Notes: a model not told the origin generated them from the letters alone. A stretch of 64,000 nt of DNA from the human T2T-CHM13v2.0 reference genome, Homo sapiens (GCF_009914755.1 NC_060930.1), one strand, 5' to 3'; shown: positions 11,967 to 27,169, counted from the stretch's first letter. A program made the numbers and translations.

Positions 11967-14059
11967 GTAAGAGCAGAGCTGCTATTCCTGGAGGGTCTGG
12001 CTCAGGGAACAATTCCTAGGGGACTTTCTCTTTATGGAACCAGACTCTGAGACAGCATGTGGGGCTCCTGCCACGGCCTAGTGTCCTTCTATCACAGCTG
12101 GAGAATCAAACTCACCTCCTATAGGATAGGTTGCTATCCACCAGGTCTATTCTCTCTCCAGGAACATGGACACAGTAAATAAGGGGAGGTGCTCAGGGGT
12201 CAAGTTGCTTGTCTATGGGGAAATGGGGCCAAGAGGTTCAGGATAACCTTGGACAGACAAGGTTTCAGAGAGAGAGGTTGGCAAGTGCAGACTCCTGGGT
12301 GTGCTCACATCTGCATCCAACCTTGAGGGGACTCAGGCAGAGAGCCCTTAGCTGGTGTGTCCAGACTACAAGTATCACTGAGGATTCAGTGCTCACAGAG
12401 AATGCCTCTCATTCTCCAGGGTGGAGCAGGAGCCAATGCTCCCTGGACAATGAAGGCAAGATGGGAGGGAGGGGGACAGGTTCGAGCCCCTAAAGGCACT
12501 CTTGTTGAAGGTATTTCTCCCAGCCTCCCCAGAACTTGGTTAGAGTATTAGGATGGGTTGAAACCTGTCAGAAGAATGAGATAAGGATGTGTGAGTACGT
12601 GAAAGAGATTGAGTGTAGGTTATCAGACAGCCAAGAAAGCAGTAACCAAGGGAAAAACCTCTGTCTCCTGCTGTCTCCTTGTGGCTGGTGTAATATTATG
12701 GCTTCTATGACCCATTGTTTTTCTCTCAGGATGTTCTTACTTTTCTGGTCCAAATTTACACCAACACCCTGAGAGGAAGGACTGCAGAGTAGGTGTCTTA
12801 GTTTTCCACTGACTTCCACCTTTCTGCATAGACCCTCCCTCTGAGACCCTTCCACATCCACCTAGGACACCCCTAGAAAGTGCTGTTCTCATGTCACCTC
12901 CTCATTTTCCAGGGTAACAGTATTCGAATCTCCTGAGGACAGCCCCTCAAACCCCAAAGCCCCTCACCTATTACCTCAGGTTCATTGTCCGGGAAAGGGT
13001 GGACAAACTGCACTTGTAGTCACAGGGGTGCTGAGAACTAACCAGCAGAATGGCTCAGCCCTGGGAACTGGAGAGGGGTGAGGTTGGGGAGAGAGGAGGC
13101 TGGAGCAGCGCTGGTGACACTGAACAGTGTCCAGCAGGAGGTCCATAGCAACAGTGTCCATAGGCAGAGTTGTTTGTAGGATGAGGGGTGGTGTTGGGAA
13201 ACGCCATGGAAACCCTCAAGGTGCGGGGTAGCAGAAAGCACAGGAGGGAGCGTGATGATGGTGGGCAGTGAACAGGTGGACGGGCAAAGACTGGGTTGAG
13301 GTTGGTAGGGGAAATGAGATGAGGCAGTGGAGCCATGTGACAGGAACCGAGGGTGGGTTACCAGAGCTCCCCGTGTAGAATGAATGTCCAATCAAAACCT
13401 GCTGGAGGGAGAGCTGGAGCCATAGGGGAGTGGGTAGAGTGGGCAGGGCCAATTCCACAATTCCCTGCATGCTCTTCCAACTCCACACACATCTCCATCC
13501 TCAGAGCACAAGAGGAAAGGCACAAGGAGCCAGGCTGTGGCTTAAAGTGAGAGAGGGGAGGGTGGAGAAAAGCTTGGCTGAGACAACACCTAGGGAGCAG
13601 GAGATGACACGGCAGGTGAAAAAACCAGACTCCTGGAGGCAACACCCTTTTGTCTCTGACAAGCTTTAAAATGGGCTTTTTACAGCTGAGTTTCTTACCT
13701 CACCCCACCCACTACCCCAAGCATTAGGGCCACACTCCCGAGTCCTCCTGTCACACCAGCTGGGCACTTGCAGAAGCTCATTGTGCATTTGAGTCTTTGG
13801 GTACTCACTCTTCTGTTAATCTAACTCCTCAAATAAAATCCCTAGCACAAAAGAGAGGGGGGAAGATCCAGTCAGCAAACAGCCAACAAACACTTTTCAA
13901 CCATTAAGATCTGGTGCCCATGGAAAGTCTTCTTGAGGTTTTCCAGTAGCTCATAAGCTGATCCAGTTCCTCTTTCATATGCATTTATTTAGAATTTTGC
14001 TCCTATTCAAACAGGTCACACAGTGAAAAGAGGAAGGGAACTAAGATAGATTGAGCAGT

Positions 14060-14235
14060 AACAGATACAATACTATGTATTTGACATATGTGAGCTCATT
14101 TGGTTCTCACAGCAGTTTTGCAAGGTAAATAGTATTATTACTATTTTGCCTTTCAAGAAATGGAGAGTTAGAAGGTTGTTTCTTGTCCAAGATAACTTAG
14201 TAATCAGTCGTAGTGCAAGAACTGGAATCCCTACC
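14060..14235 (-). mobile_element. MIR
   Basis: ctcatttggttctcacagcag...ttgtccaagataact. Confidence 0.6.
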
Positions 14236-15304
14236 TGTGACATGTTCCTTTTCTTACCCATATGGACTCCATTATATCTTTCTGCAATTATATTTTAATA
14301 TAACCTATTCTGAGTGAGAGATGAATTCACTCAGATCATTGGTTTTCAAATTGTGCTCTGGGTAACTCAATTGTCAAAGATTCCGCAAACAGGATAAAGT
14401 TTTCCATATACAAAAAAAAAATGAAGTTTCAAATTCCACCATATACTCATCACTTATATCTGCTTTGCAGGTAAAATTCCCTTTAAAAAGTTAAATGTTG
14501 CAAAAGAAAGTTTTGAAATTCTTACTCTTGACTAAAACATGTTCTCTTATTGGTGAATGAGGAAGAGGAACAAAGACTAACAAATTAAAATGAGAGGATA
14601 CACACTCAGAGTGGGGCACTTGAATAGGGAGGGGCAGACTAAAGGGGCTGGGGGCGATGGGCCTGGGTGTTTAGGGGGCTGGAGCCCAAGGCACTAGGAG
14701 AAGAGGCGGGTTAAGATATCTAAAGTCCTGGGATCTTGCCTTAGAGATGACACTGGAAACTACAGGCCGAGTCTACGGTGCCGCTGTGCCCAGCCCCACC
14801 CCTTCTCTACTGTCCTCTGCCACCAGCTGTGCATCTTCTATGAGGGGTGAGGTTAATAAACGTGAGTTGCTAATTTGTAGAACATGAAACAGGTGTCCAA
14901 AACAAACCTTAATTTGCTGTGTGCAAATCACAGCACCTTAATTTCCCCACTGTGACCAGGAACAGATCAGGTCTGAAGAGGCTCAGACATGTGCTGGGTC
15001 ATTGCTACTTCTGTATACACATGCACCTGCCGGACACTGCCCATGGTGCTCCCTAGGAAGAACTGCAGGTGGAAAAGGCTGCCACATTTCTTTATGTAAA
15101 AATGACACCATCAATGCCTCTAAACCTAAAGGAGTCCAGTCACTTAGCTTTCTGGTTGTTCTGGTGATTTTCATTGATTAAGATATTTTCCAGGTGTTTT
15201 GAGATCAAGTCTTTCTACAGCCATGTTTGAAAGTGAAAATTAACTTTCAGGCTATATAGTCTTTCTTATGGCAAACTTCAAGAAGTTTTAAGAAATGCAT
15301 TTCT

Positions 15305-15929
<625 letters not shown>

Positions 15930-16307
15930 CTATCCCTACTGTTTCTCTGCCTGAGGGACCCTCCCCCTGATGAGATTCTGCTCCTCCCTGAGACGTGAAA
16001 TGTCTCCCCCTCCTCCTCCAGCCGCCAGCAGAAAGGGCTGCTTTCCCTTCAGCGTGCGCCCCTCCCTAATGATCACTCAGCCACCCTGAGCAGTGAGTCT
16101 CATTCTTTTCAGTAAATCCTCTCGCTGCGTGGTGAGAAAACTGATGCCTGGAGTCTGTGACCTGCCTAGGACCACAGAACTCGGTAGTAGGAAAAATCGT
16201 ATTTTTAAATCCAGTCCTGAGTGGGAAGATTTGAGGAAATAGCTAATATTGAGGAGGGGGGTGTTGTTGGGAGTGGCACCACCCCCATCTCTCCCTGCTC
16301 TTCACAG

Positions 16308-16571
16308 AGAATTCCGTCTACCAGGAACGGCAGGAATGCTATGCGTTCAATGGGACTCAGCGCGTTGTGGACGGGCTCATCTACAACCGGGAGGAATACG
16401 TGCATTTTGACAGCGCAGTGGGGGAGTTCCTAGCAGTGATGGAGCTGGGGCGGCCCATAGGCGAGTACTTCAATAGCCAGAAGGACTTTATGGAACGGAA
16501 GCGAGCCGAGGTGGACAAGGTGTGCAGACACAAGTACGAGCTGATGGAGCCACTCATCCGGCAGCGCCGAG
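16308..16571 (+). pseudogene. HLA-DPB2: DPB2 exon 2 (beta-1 domain), open
   Basis: cag|AG AAT...CGA G|gtgagg, 264 bp: [18 protein letters not shown]...[17 protein letters not shown]; Cys15, Cys77 and NGT kept. Confidence 0.96.
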
Positions 16572-17089
16572 GTGAGGGCTGTGAACCAGGGCTCCTGGGG
16601 CAGCCGTGGGGGCCGGGCCCAGGGAGTAGGGGCAGCCGGGCCGGCCTAAGGGACCTTAGTGCCAGGAGGGAAGGGGACTTTGAGCTGGGGATTGATGGGA
16701 GGAGCCCAACCGGAGCTTGTCAGGAGGGTGAGCACGGAGATTGGGCTGAGCATGGAGTGAGGAGGATGGAGGGAGAGAGACCCCTGGGACTTCATCAGGC
16801 CTGGCAGCTGACTGCATGTGGGGTGAGGGGAAACGAGGCCACAGGACATCGTGCAGGGGTGCGGTGTGGAGATGAAGGTGGAGATGGCACAGCAGGCCAC
16901 GCAGAGAAGAAACCTGCAGGGAGATGGCCGGGTTTGAGGTGCTTGAGGGGCCAGATGGGTGGTCTGATGGGCAGGTGAGAGAAGAGTTTGCAGCGGGGGA
17001 GGGGCCTGGCCTACATGAGACCACCCAGGGAGAGGGGACCCATCGGGAGGAGCATAGGACTGGATCCTGGGAACTGGACATTGTGATTT

Positions 17090-20000
17090 TGTAACGGCTC
17101 CATTGTCTGGGGTATATACCCTGGTTCTTTGTCATGGCCGAGAAAATTCACGACACAGACACACGTGAGGAGTGGGTTTGGGAGTGGAAAGTTTAATAGA
17201 AAAGAAAAGAGAGAAAAAATCCTTCCTCATGCTGAGAAAGTGGGTTGCCCAAAAGAGGGTCTGCGGTTTGTGGTGGAATGCAGTCGGTTTTGTACAGAGG
17301 TTGAGGAGGCGGTGATTGATTTACACAGCGCTCAGGGAATTGGTTTGACCAGTTGTGTCATTTACATAGCCCACGAAAAGACTGACTCTCCCACCCTAGT
17401 CTTTTATTATTCAAATACGGTCTCCAACTGGTGGTGGACAGGATACCTGTACATGTGGTTTTACCTGGAGGCTGCCATGACACCTGTAAACGTGGTGACA
17501 AGGAAAAGAGAGTGGGAACCGCCATATTGGATGTACCTGACTTCCAGGTACAGCTGCCAGCATTTACATATAAAAGCTTCTAGTTTGCATATCTATGCCT
17601 GAGTTTTCAGGCTGCTTCCTGTTAGAGAAGAAATGGTTTGGGGCTGCTTTTTATTAAAGGAAAATTCCACTGAGAATTTTTACCCTTTCTAGCTGCCTAA
17701 AAATAATTTCTTAATAACTCCTGTATTATTTCCTCCCTCAGGAGACGTAACCATAACTGCTGTTAGGGGGTGTTGGACGACGATTCTTTCTGGCTACTTC
17801 CTGCTGAAAAGGGGCGTCGTGTCGGGGGGCTGCAGTTGGGGCTCCTCCTGAGGTTGATCTAAGGCTTCTTGGAAGAATGGCATGTCCATGTGTGGCTTTG
17901 TTTGCAGCACCATTTGAAGTTTGATTGCTTCTAGGCAAAAAGAGATAAATTTTACAAGAAGGTTTAAAATATAGGGTTACCATATGAGTATTAAGATTAC
18001 CACCTATAGACTGTAACTATGGCAGTAGAGTTTGATACCTGTTACACCAATGGATTGTAATACTGGTTTGTCTCCACTAGATGTCGCTGTACATTACCAG
18101 AAACGTTAATATAAAAGCATCATTTCCTTTGAGAAAACATGTTTCCCCCTTGACTTGCTATTAGGGCATAATTTTTGGTTTAGGCCATTCTTTATAACTT
18201 ATGATATGATTGGGAGAAAAACGTTATTGGGTGGCTAAAATAACTTTGGTGTTAATCTTGGCAATTCCTTTCCTTTAATTATTAAATTTCTTAATTATTA
18301 AATTCTTTCATGACTTTCACAGACCCTCTTACAATGTACTCAACTTTCTGACTTGTCTTAAACAACCAGTCATTTCCTTTTAGGACAAGAATTTACTATA
18401 CAAGATCCTTTCTTATATAAAATCCCTTTATTTGTAACCTTCTTTCCATAGCTTAGAGTGCACCATTTACCAATCTTCAATAAAAAAGTCCTATCAAACT
18501 TAGTGATAGTAAAATTTTCATGCTTACTTCTTGTCTGTAACTATTACTCCTGCTATAAGCAAAACAAACTTGACCAAATCCTTCCTGCAATTATTAATTC
18601 TGTCATAAAGATGATAATTAGGCAAAATATTACAGGAATTAGAATTTTACAACCAGAATTCCACATTGTGGGTGCCACAGTATACAGTTCTATTGCAAAT
18701 AACAGCATGATGATAACAATTCCCACAAAAGTGACGTAGTAAATAATTTCCATTTAAAACTTTACTTGCCAAGATATAATGTTTCCCTTTGGGGATTTAC
18801 AAAGTAACAAATGCAGTCCCATGTATAATTAAAATCTCTCTGCAAATATGCATTAAAAAAAAGTTCTAATACTGAGCAGTGAATTTTGAGAGGAAAGGTA
18901 GAAATGATAAAGAGTACCTGGTGAGGTAGGATTGGCGCTAAGGCGAGTAGCCCTCACTCATTTACTTACCTTTTATGATTTTCAGCTTAAGATCTTCTAT
19001 ATCTCCACATTGATATTCAGGATGTTCCTCTGGGCTGTCAAAGGTTGCTCCCTCAGCTTTTCAGGCTTTGACTTGAGTGTGATATATTCAGAGGTTGATA
19101 CTTGTAACTTTTACTGCTGGGGGGGTTGAAAGAAGAATTGTGTAGGGCCCTTCCCAGCCTGGCTTAGGGAAGGAGAGAGAGATGAGTTTTCACCAATACC
19201 AAATTTTCTGGTGGTCCAATTTCCTGGGGTTGGCCTTTGGCTAGTTGTGTCAATTTCTGTTGGAAGTGAGCTAGAGAGGTTACATTTTTAAACAACTTAG
19301 AGGTTTTCTGCCTGAAAACAATCTCTGAGCACACTGATGATAAGTTTTATCCTTTCCTATGTGAAAAAGCTTGGTGAAGGATTTTAAGGACTTTCCATTG
19401 ACTGGAGGCCAGTAAATGGAGTTTGTCATCCTCAGGGCTGGAATACCCTTAAGAAGTGGCTTATTTTATTTCTGCAGGGGAATACTGAGGTTTAATTTCT
19501 TTTATGGAGGCTTCCGAGATTAAAAGGGCTTGAAGTGTGTTAATGCCTTGAGGCTTCCCTGCCGCCTGCTTAGCTCCCTGCTCAGCTAACCTATTTCCTT
19601 TGGCTACTTCATCTGTTCCTCTTTGATGTTCCCTATAATACATTACTGCTATTTTTCGTGAAAGGAAAACTGAGGATAATAACCTGTTAATTTCCTGGTG
19701 ATATTTTATAGGAGATGCTTTAGTGGTAAAAGAATGTCTTTCCTTTTAAATAGCAGCATGAGCATGGAGAACTAAGAAAGCATACTTGGAGTCAGTGGAA
19801 ATGTTAGCTATCTTTCCCCTGCTTAATTTAAGTGCACTTGCAAGAACTATTAGTTCAGCTAATTGAGTGCTTGTGTCTGGGGAGAGACATTAGAGTGACT
19901 ATTGCTTGTCCTGCCTTATGTATTTCTTGCTTTACCTGCTGTTTGTTAGCTAAAGTCTCCCCTAGAGGACAGTAATCCTGCTACATTATGTGGGGTGTAA

Positions 20001-23000
20001 ACAGTTAAATTATTTCCTAGGGTTAATTTGGAGGCTTTTTTGACTAGTAGAGCCACCGTGGCAATGGCTTGGAAGCATGTGTAAACAATAGGTCCTCCTA
20101 ACTGCAATTAGGAGGTTGAGAAAAATATTGGAATAGAGTTTTTCCTGAGACACCCCTTACACTCACGCTATGGGAAGAAGAGAGGCCTGGATTAAAGAGG
20201 AGAAAAGAGAGAGAGACTGGCTCGAGTGTTTAGAAGGAGGTCTAGTTTCCTTCCTTCAATTTCCAGAATCACCTGGTGGCTCCCGTGCTGTAATGGCAGT
20301 TTGAGCCACTGGAGCTGGGGTTTGAGCCCCAGGACCCATCAGTCCTGCTGGACCATCTGTGAGACTGGTTCTGACTCCAGTGACCTCCGTCTCCGGGGGC
20401 AGTTTGATTTCCAGTGGTCTCCACCACAGGCTGGATAGGGTTGAGGTGGCTTCCTCTTGCTGTTTGGGCACTCCTTTTTAAAATGCCCTGGCTTGCCACA
20501 CTGATAGCAACTAGCGGATGCACCTCAGAAATCTTGGACTTTGCAAGCTTGCAAAGCTGCTACTAGAGCCTCTGTCTTTCTCCTGAGCTTTCTCTCTTTC
20601 TGGGGGGCCTCCTCCTGGTCCCTATTATAAGTGGCCACCCTCAGGAGGTTCCCCAAGGTGCTATCTGGTCCTATAGCGTGCTTCTACAGTTTCCTTCTAA
20701 TATCAAGAGCTGCCTGTGTAATAAACTTGTCTTTACAATGAGCCATCCCTTGACTGAATTAGGGGCTAAGGAAGTGTGCTCTATTAGTGCCTCTCTCAGC
20801 CTTTCCATAAAAGCTGCAGGATTCCCATCTGGCTTTTGGTCTATCATAGACAGTTGAGAGGAATTAAGAGGTCAGGCCTTAGTTCTTCATAGACCCTCTA
20901 ATATGCATATTTTAAAAATGCTTCCATTTCTATTCATTTGCAGAGCTACTGGGGTCCCAGTTGGGGTTGTCGAGAGGAACTGCTTCCCTTCCTACTGGGA
21001 ATGGTGTTTCTGTTATTTTTTTCACTTTCCCTATCTCTTTTCTTCCCTTTTGGTGTATTATAGGAGATATGTTGCTCATCTCCAAAATTATCTGCTGCCT
21101 GCAGAGCTGCCTGCTTTTCAACTGCGGTTAGAGTTTGGTTTAGGAGCAGCATAACATCCTTCCATGTGAGGTGAAACACCTGAGTTAAATTCTGGACAGC
21201 TTCTATATACCTATTGGGGTTATCAGAAAATTAGCATAAGTCTTCCTTTGTTTGCCTAAGGTCCTGTAATGAAAAGGGAGCTTGAGGTTGAAGGGGGCCA
21301 GCCCCTCCACACCTGTGGGTATTTCTCATCAGGTGGGACGAGAGACTGAGAAAAGAAATAAGACACAGAGACAAAGTATAGAGAAAGAACAGTGGGCCCA
21401 AGGGACCAGTGCTCAGCATACAGAGGACCTGTGCCGGCTCTGGTCTCTGAGTTCCCTCAGTATTTATTGATCACTATCTCTATCATCTCAGTGAGGGGGA
21501 TGTGGCAGGACTATAGGGTAATGGTGGGGAGAGGGTCAGCAGGAAAACATGTGAGCAAAGGACTCTGTGTCATAAATAAGTTTAAGGAAAGGTGCTGTGC
21601 CTGGATGTGCACATAGGCCAGATTTATGTTTGACTTTACACAAACATCTCAGTGCAGTAAACAGCAGTATTACCACCAGCATGTCTCACCTCCAGCCATA
21701 AGGCGGCTTTCTCCTATCTCAGTAAATAGAATGTATGATCGGGTTTTACACCGAGACATTCCATTCCCAGGGATGAGCAGGAGACAGATGCCTTCCTCTT
21801 ATCTCAACTGCAAAGAGGCCTTCCTCTTTCACTAATCCTCCTCAGCACAGACCCTTTATGGGAATCAGCCTTGGGGACGGTCAGGTCAGGTCCCTTCCCA
21901 CAAGGCCATGTCTCAGGCTGTCTCTCTCAGTGGGGGGAACCCTTGGACAATACCCAGGCTTTCTTGGGCAGAGGTCCCTGCGGCCTTCCACAGTGCATTG
22001 TGTCCCTGGGTACTCGAGACTGGAGAATGGCAATGACTTTCACCAAGCATACTGCCTACAAACACATTTTTAACAAAGCACACCCTGCACAGCCCTAAAT
22101 CCATTAAACCTTGAGTCAATACAGCACAGGTTTTCTGCGAGCACAGGGTTGGGGCTAGGGTTACAGATTAACAGCATGTCAAGGCAGAAGAATTTTCCTT
22201 AGTACAGATCAAAATGGAGTTTCTTATGTCTTCCTTTTTCTACATAGACACAGCAACAGTCTGATTTCTCTTTACTTCCCCCATATTGGCAACCCTAAAT
22301 AAGGGGAATTCTCAGATGGTTCCCTTGGAAATTGCCTTTCTAATTCTGGGGGATTATTTTCTATAGGCCTACCTGATATGCCTATTTAAAAAGCTGGGCT
22401 GATCTTACAGTGCTTGCAAAGGTTTAGTAAAAAAGCCATGCCCTTGTGCAAAAGAAAATGAGTCACTTTTCTCTTCAAAGTCCTGAGGTTAAAGGAGTTC
22501 CAGTGTTTCAGAGTGCACTCCAGAGGGGTGCAAGCTGAAGCTGGTCTGTCACCCATCTAGAAAAAGAAGTGAGAATAAAAGTATCCTTTCGTCCCCATTC
22601 TTTCATTGTGACCCAGGGTGGAGGAGAAGACAGTGGAAGTGTCCTCCCTACTGTTTTCTCTCCTTGGTTCCTGGGTCCTGGCAACGTGTTAAATGTACCA
22701 CCCATGGTTGTAGGCGTGGTCCTCCAAGCCGTGGAACTGGATAAACTAAGTGATGGGATTAACCATACTTTACCCACACAACCTTAGCTTATCCACCTTA
22801 TGTGATCCCCTTTGACGTCCTAAATTTGTGTGATCTGCCTGGCTCCCAGAAAAATGGATCTCCAGAGAGACTATGTCATCTTTGGGTAGGCTCCTTTAAC
22901 GGAGGCAGTGTGCTAGATTGCCTGCCATTACGGCCCATGCTAAGACATTTACCCTTAGCAAAATGGCTCTGGTTAACTTCCGAACCTAAAATCCCCTTGC

Positions 23001-24354
23001 TAATTAAGTACTATCCTAATTGGAGACGGAAATGAACGTAGGAACCTAATGGCTGTTTTTCCTGCTGATGAGACAGTATCAGAACTAAAATTTCACTACA
23101 GAGGACATTTTACTCCAAACTGTTGAAGACAGTGCTTTCTCGTTCACAGAAGAGGCTTTTCTAGCGGCACGAAAGAATTTGGAAGCGGCAGTGTTACGGT
23201 AAAAAACCGACAAGGTGCCTGATGAAGAGGATTTTTATTTCCACTAGGTGGTGCTGTTGGCTTAGCACTACCATGTGCTCGCCAGAGAGGATAGAGAGTA
23301 ACAGTTACTGCCTGTGGCATTTGCCGATCTTCCCTAACAGGAGTGTTTCCCTGAACTGTAAAACTTCCCGCAAATTGCACACACAGAGAGAGAGGACAGG
23401 AGACATAGTGACCACGGATACAAAGGAAAGGAAAATTTTGCAACGGGTTAGCTGGAGATCCATTACCAACACCTGGACAGGCTGTCGGAGGCTGCGTTCA
23501 GTCCAGAAGCCTTTGAATAACACCAGGGTGTGCCCTGGCCAGAAATTTTCAGTTGCCCCAAGACTTTCCCAGCCTCATGCGATGGTGAAGTTCTCCATGA
23601 AAGGAAACTGGTATGAAGAGATTCTTGAGATTAAAGAACAGATTTGACGTTTGCTCTATACTCACCACTCCGATGTTTCTATCTTCCATTCTGATTTGGA
23701 TCCCGGATGAGCTCCCAAAATGAAACAGCTCCACTGTCTAGGGTATATACCCTGGTTCTTTACCATAGCCGAAAAGAATTCACAGCACGGACACACACAA
23801 GGAGTGGGTTTAGGAGCGGAAAGTTTAATAGAAAAGAGGAGTGAGAGGAAAAGCTTCCTAATGCTGATAAGGCAGGTCACCCAAGAGAGGGTCTCCTGTT
23901 TCTGGTGGAAAGCAATTGGTTTTGTACAGAGGCTTGAGGAGGCAGTGATTGATTTACATAGGGCTCAGGGGATTGGTTTGACCAGGTGTGTCATTTACAT
24001 AACCTGCAAAAAGACTGGCCTTCCCACCCTAGTATTTTATTATACAAATGCGGCCTCCACCTGGTGGCGGCCATGATACCTGTACACGTGCTTTAACCTG
24101 GAGGCTGCCTTGACACCTGTAAACGTAGAAGGGAAAGAGGGTGAGAATAGCCATATTGAATTACCTGACTTCCAGGAACAGCTGCCAGCATTTACATAAA
24201 AGCTTCTAGTTTGCATATCTATGCCTGAGTTTTCAGGCTGCTTTCTGTTAGAGAAAAAATGGCTTGGGGCTGCTTTTTATTAAAGGAAAATTCCACCCAG
24301 AACTTTTACCCTTTTTAGCTGCCTAAAAATAATCTCTTAATAACTCGTGTATTA
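17090..24354 (-). mobile_element. Class I ERV provirus (MER61/LTR9 group, HUERS-P3-like interior), deleted, in DPB2 intron 2
   Basis: LTRs 17090-17728 and 23721-24354; TSD attt; Pro PBS TGGGAGCTCATCCGGGAT 23700-23717; PPT 17729-17740; gag (LTWKDVMLLLNQTL; CYQCGKPGHFKKEC) and RNase H (VAKGNRLAEQGAKQAA) remnants; no RT seen. Confidence 0.88.
21289..22285 (-). mobile_element. HERV-K(HML-2) LTR5A/B solo LTR nested in gag
   Basis: Minus strand TATGGGGGAAGTAAAGAGAAATCAGACTGTTG...GGAGGGGCTGGCCCCCTTCA, about 1 kb. Confidence 0.9.
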
Positions 24355-24779
24355 ATTTGGCCAAGAGAGAAATCCCGTGAAGGAGACCAAAAAGCACCAG
24401 TGAGCCTCTCACTAAACAAGGACCTTTGTCCTAGAGAAAGAGGAAAGAATGAAGGGGGAGGAGGAGGAGGCTCAGGAGGTCACACCATTGATCCCTCTGT
24501 TCCTGGGAAAGTGAAAGGAAGGTCATCTGATAAGAGGGAGAAGATGCACACATTGAGTAAGGATGAGGAGAGTGACATGGGTTTAGGAAAGTTGCTGGCG
24601 TAATTGGTTGAGAGAGGTGTCCAAATAAAAGTAATACAATTTGCAAAATCTGTCACTAAGACTTCATAGAGGCCCAAATCAGCGACATGGCAGCATTTTC
24701 TTTCATGGTAATCAGCTGCCAGATTGCAGAGACCCCCTGATGCCAGACTAAGGAGTGTGGATTTCTCCTCTAGGCCAGC

Positions 24780-24955
24780 AGGTCCCCAACCTCACTGCTC
24801 AGAAGACTCTCCTTGAGATCCTCTGTGAAGCAAAGATTCCCCCAGACTCACTGCCTAGAGATTCAGATTCCCTAGGTGGGGAGGTCTGGAGATCTGTGTT
24901 TTTAATCAGCTCCCAAGTGATTCCCATGTAACCAGATAAGTGTCAGAACACTGAA
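24780..24955. mobile_element. MER5-type DNA transposon remnant
   Basis: gagattcagattc...atctgtgtttttaatcagctcccaagtgattc. Confidence 0.6.
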
Positions 24956-24998
24956 GATTTTTGAAAATCTTCAGAAATCTTAAAATGACAAGGCTGGA

Positions 24999-25339
<341 letters not shown>

Positions 25340-25637
25340 TCAGAAGACTGTGAAGTCAGTTGGAGAGAGCAGGAACCAGAGGCAGGGAGATGAGATAAGA
25401 AACTGCTATTATTGTCCAGGGAAATCATAATAAGGGCATGAATTAGAATAAAGAAAAACACAGGGGTAGGGGAGACGGAGGAAAGAGGAGGATAGAAGTT
25501 CTGGCCATTCCAGTGTGGATGCCCACCCAAATCTAGAATTAACTGAGCAAAGGCAACTAGAACAAACAGGAATCCTTGCCTTGGTGAAATATATTTGAAC
25601 TGGGTCAGAAATGAGGCCACTGGGTATCAAGCCTTAG

Positions 25638-25657
25638 CTGCAGCGCCCCCTGGAGGT
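25638..25657 (-). promoter_or_regulatory. CTCF motif
   Basis: Minus strand GACCTCCAGGGGGCGCTGC matches CCASYAGRKGGCRS core. Confidence 0.65.
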
Positions 25658-26773
25658 CTCTGATGTGCTCCAGGCTGACCAGCTCCCGTCAAAGAAGATG
25701 GAGCAAAGTGCTTCTCATGGAATGTTCTGGGACCTTAAAACAGACAACCATATATCCCATGACTTTCATGCTTCCCAGGACACCTATGGGGAAGAAGTTC
25801 CACTTAATCTACAGTTGGGATTCAGACATGGGCTGACCAGTCTGATGGATGTTGAGTTTATGGAGGTGGTTGAAGTAGAACGAGAGCCAAGTGCCTCTGA
25901 AATAAAATCACATCGAGGGAAGAGGCTGTGAATGTGAATAATCCTGGACACAAGGCAAAAATGCCATAGGGAGTAAGGGTTGGGGGTTAGTTAAAGACTG
26001 TTCATTTACCTGGCCCAGGCCCATGTCAGTGTATTTGTGTTCTCAAGAACAGAGTAAATAAGGACCTAGAAGCTCTGATTTGGAACATTCCTGTAATTGA
26101 GCTGTTCTCTAGGGGCAGTTGGCCCTTTTCTGCCTTCTGTGGAGGAAAAGGGTACTAGTGGCTGAGGTCCAAAGGAAAAGCTGCAGGTGGTAGCGTGGAA
26201 ATTGATCTGTAAGCGGCAGAAAAAGAGGGGGCAAAAATAGAGAGGTGCCAAGGCACAGCCAACACCTGGTTATCTGAGAACCTCAATGGATGTGACAACA
26301 CAGTGCAGAGGAGGAACTTAGGGAAAAGGATGGGATTTCTACTATTTAAGCATGTAGGGGCTCAGGATATTATGTAAATAGGACGATTTTGAGTGTTTGT
26401 AGGCGAGGCCAAAAAATCCATAGGTTACTTGCAGAATAAGTCACGTCAAGCTCACTTTATTTTCTTGATATATTTATGAAATATAGTTATTGGATTAATA
26501 GACCATGAGAATGTTGTTTATATATATATTAATTTCAAGAAATCATTTGAGCAAATTTTTCATCTTTTGCATCAGGATAGAGCACTCAAAAGATAAGGTA
26601 GTGTCGCTGCTGATTAAATATTCTTTGTCCAAAGGCTGTTAATCAGTGGCTGATAGATAAGATTTCTTTTAAATGTGCTACAAACTGGTAAGTTTGTGTG
26701 CCTCCTATTCTTCTCAATACTATTTCTATAGTTTCAATACTCCCCTTATCTGCTGACCTAATCACATCATTCC

Positions 26774-26776
<3 letters not shown>

Positions 26777-26804
<28 letters not shown>

Positions 26805-27067
26805 GAGATGGAGTTTCACTCTTGTTGTCCAGGCTGGAGTGCAATGGTGGGATCTTAGCTCATGCAACCTCTGCCTCCGGGGTTCAAGCGATTCTCCTGC
26901 CTCAGCCTCCTGAGTAGCTGGGATTACAGGCATGCACCACCACACCCAGCTAATTTTGTATTTTTAGTAGAGACAGGGTTTCTCCATGTTAGTCAGGCTG
27001 GTCTCGAACCACCTGCCTCAGCCTCCCAAAGTGCTGGGATTACAGGTGTAAGCCACTGCGCCTGGCC
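26777..27067 (-). mobile_element. AluS
   Basis: Antisense Alu with polyT; TSD catcattccta. Confidence 0.92.
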
Positions 27068-27169
27068 ATCATTCCTATTTTCAACATCTAGAAATCAATT
27101 CCATAATGAGCATGTCTAAGAAATAATAATCTCAAATGCTATTCCACTTTTCCACTTCGCCACTCCTAG

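Noticed and set aside
16367-16978. 203-aa ORF as a novel gene
   Set aside because: It is DPB2 exon 2 reading through an intact donor into GC-rich intron; the start is a GTG codon.
17729-23720. Possible intact retroviral proteins
   Set aside because: gag and pol pieces are short and interrupted by stops, frameshifts and an LTR5; RT is absent.
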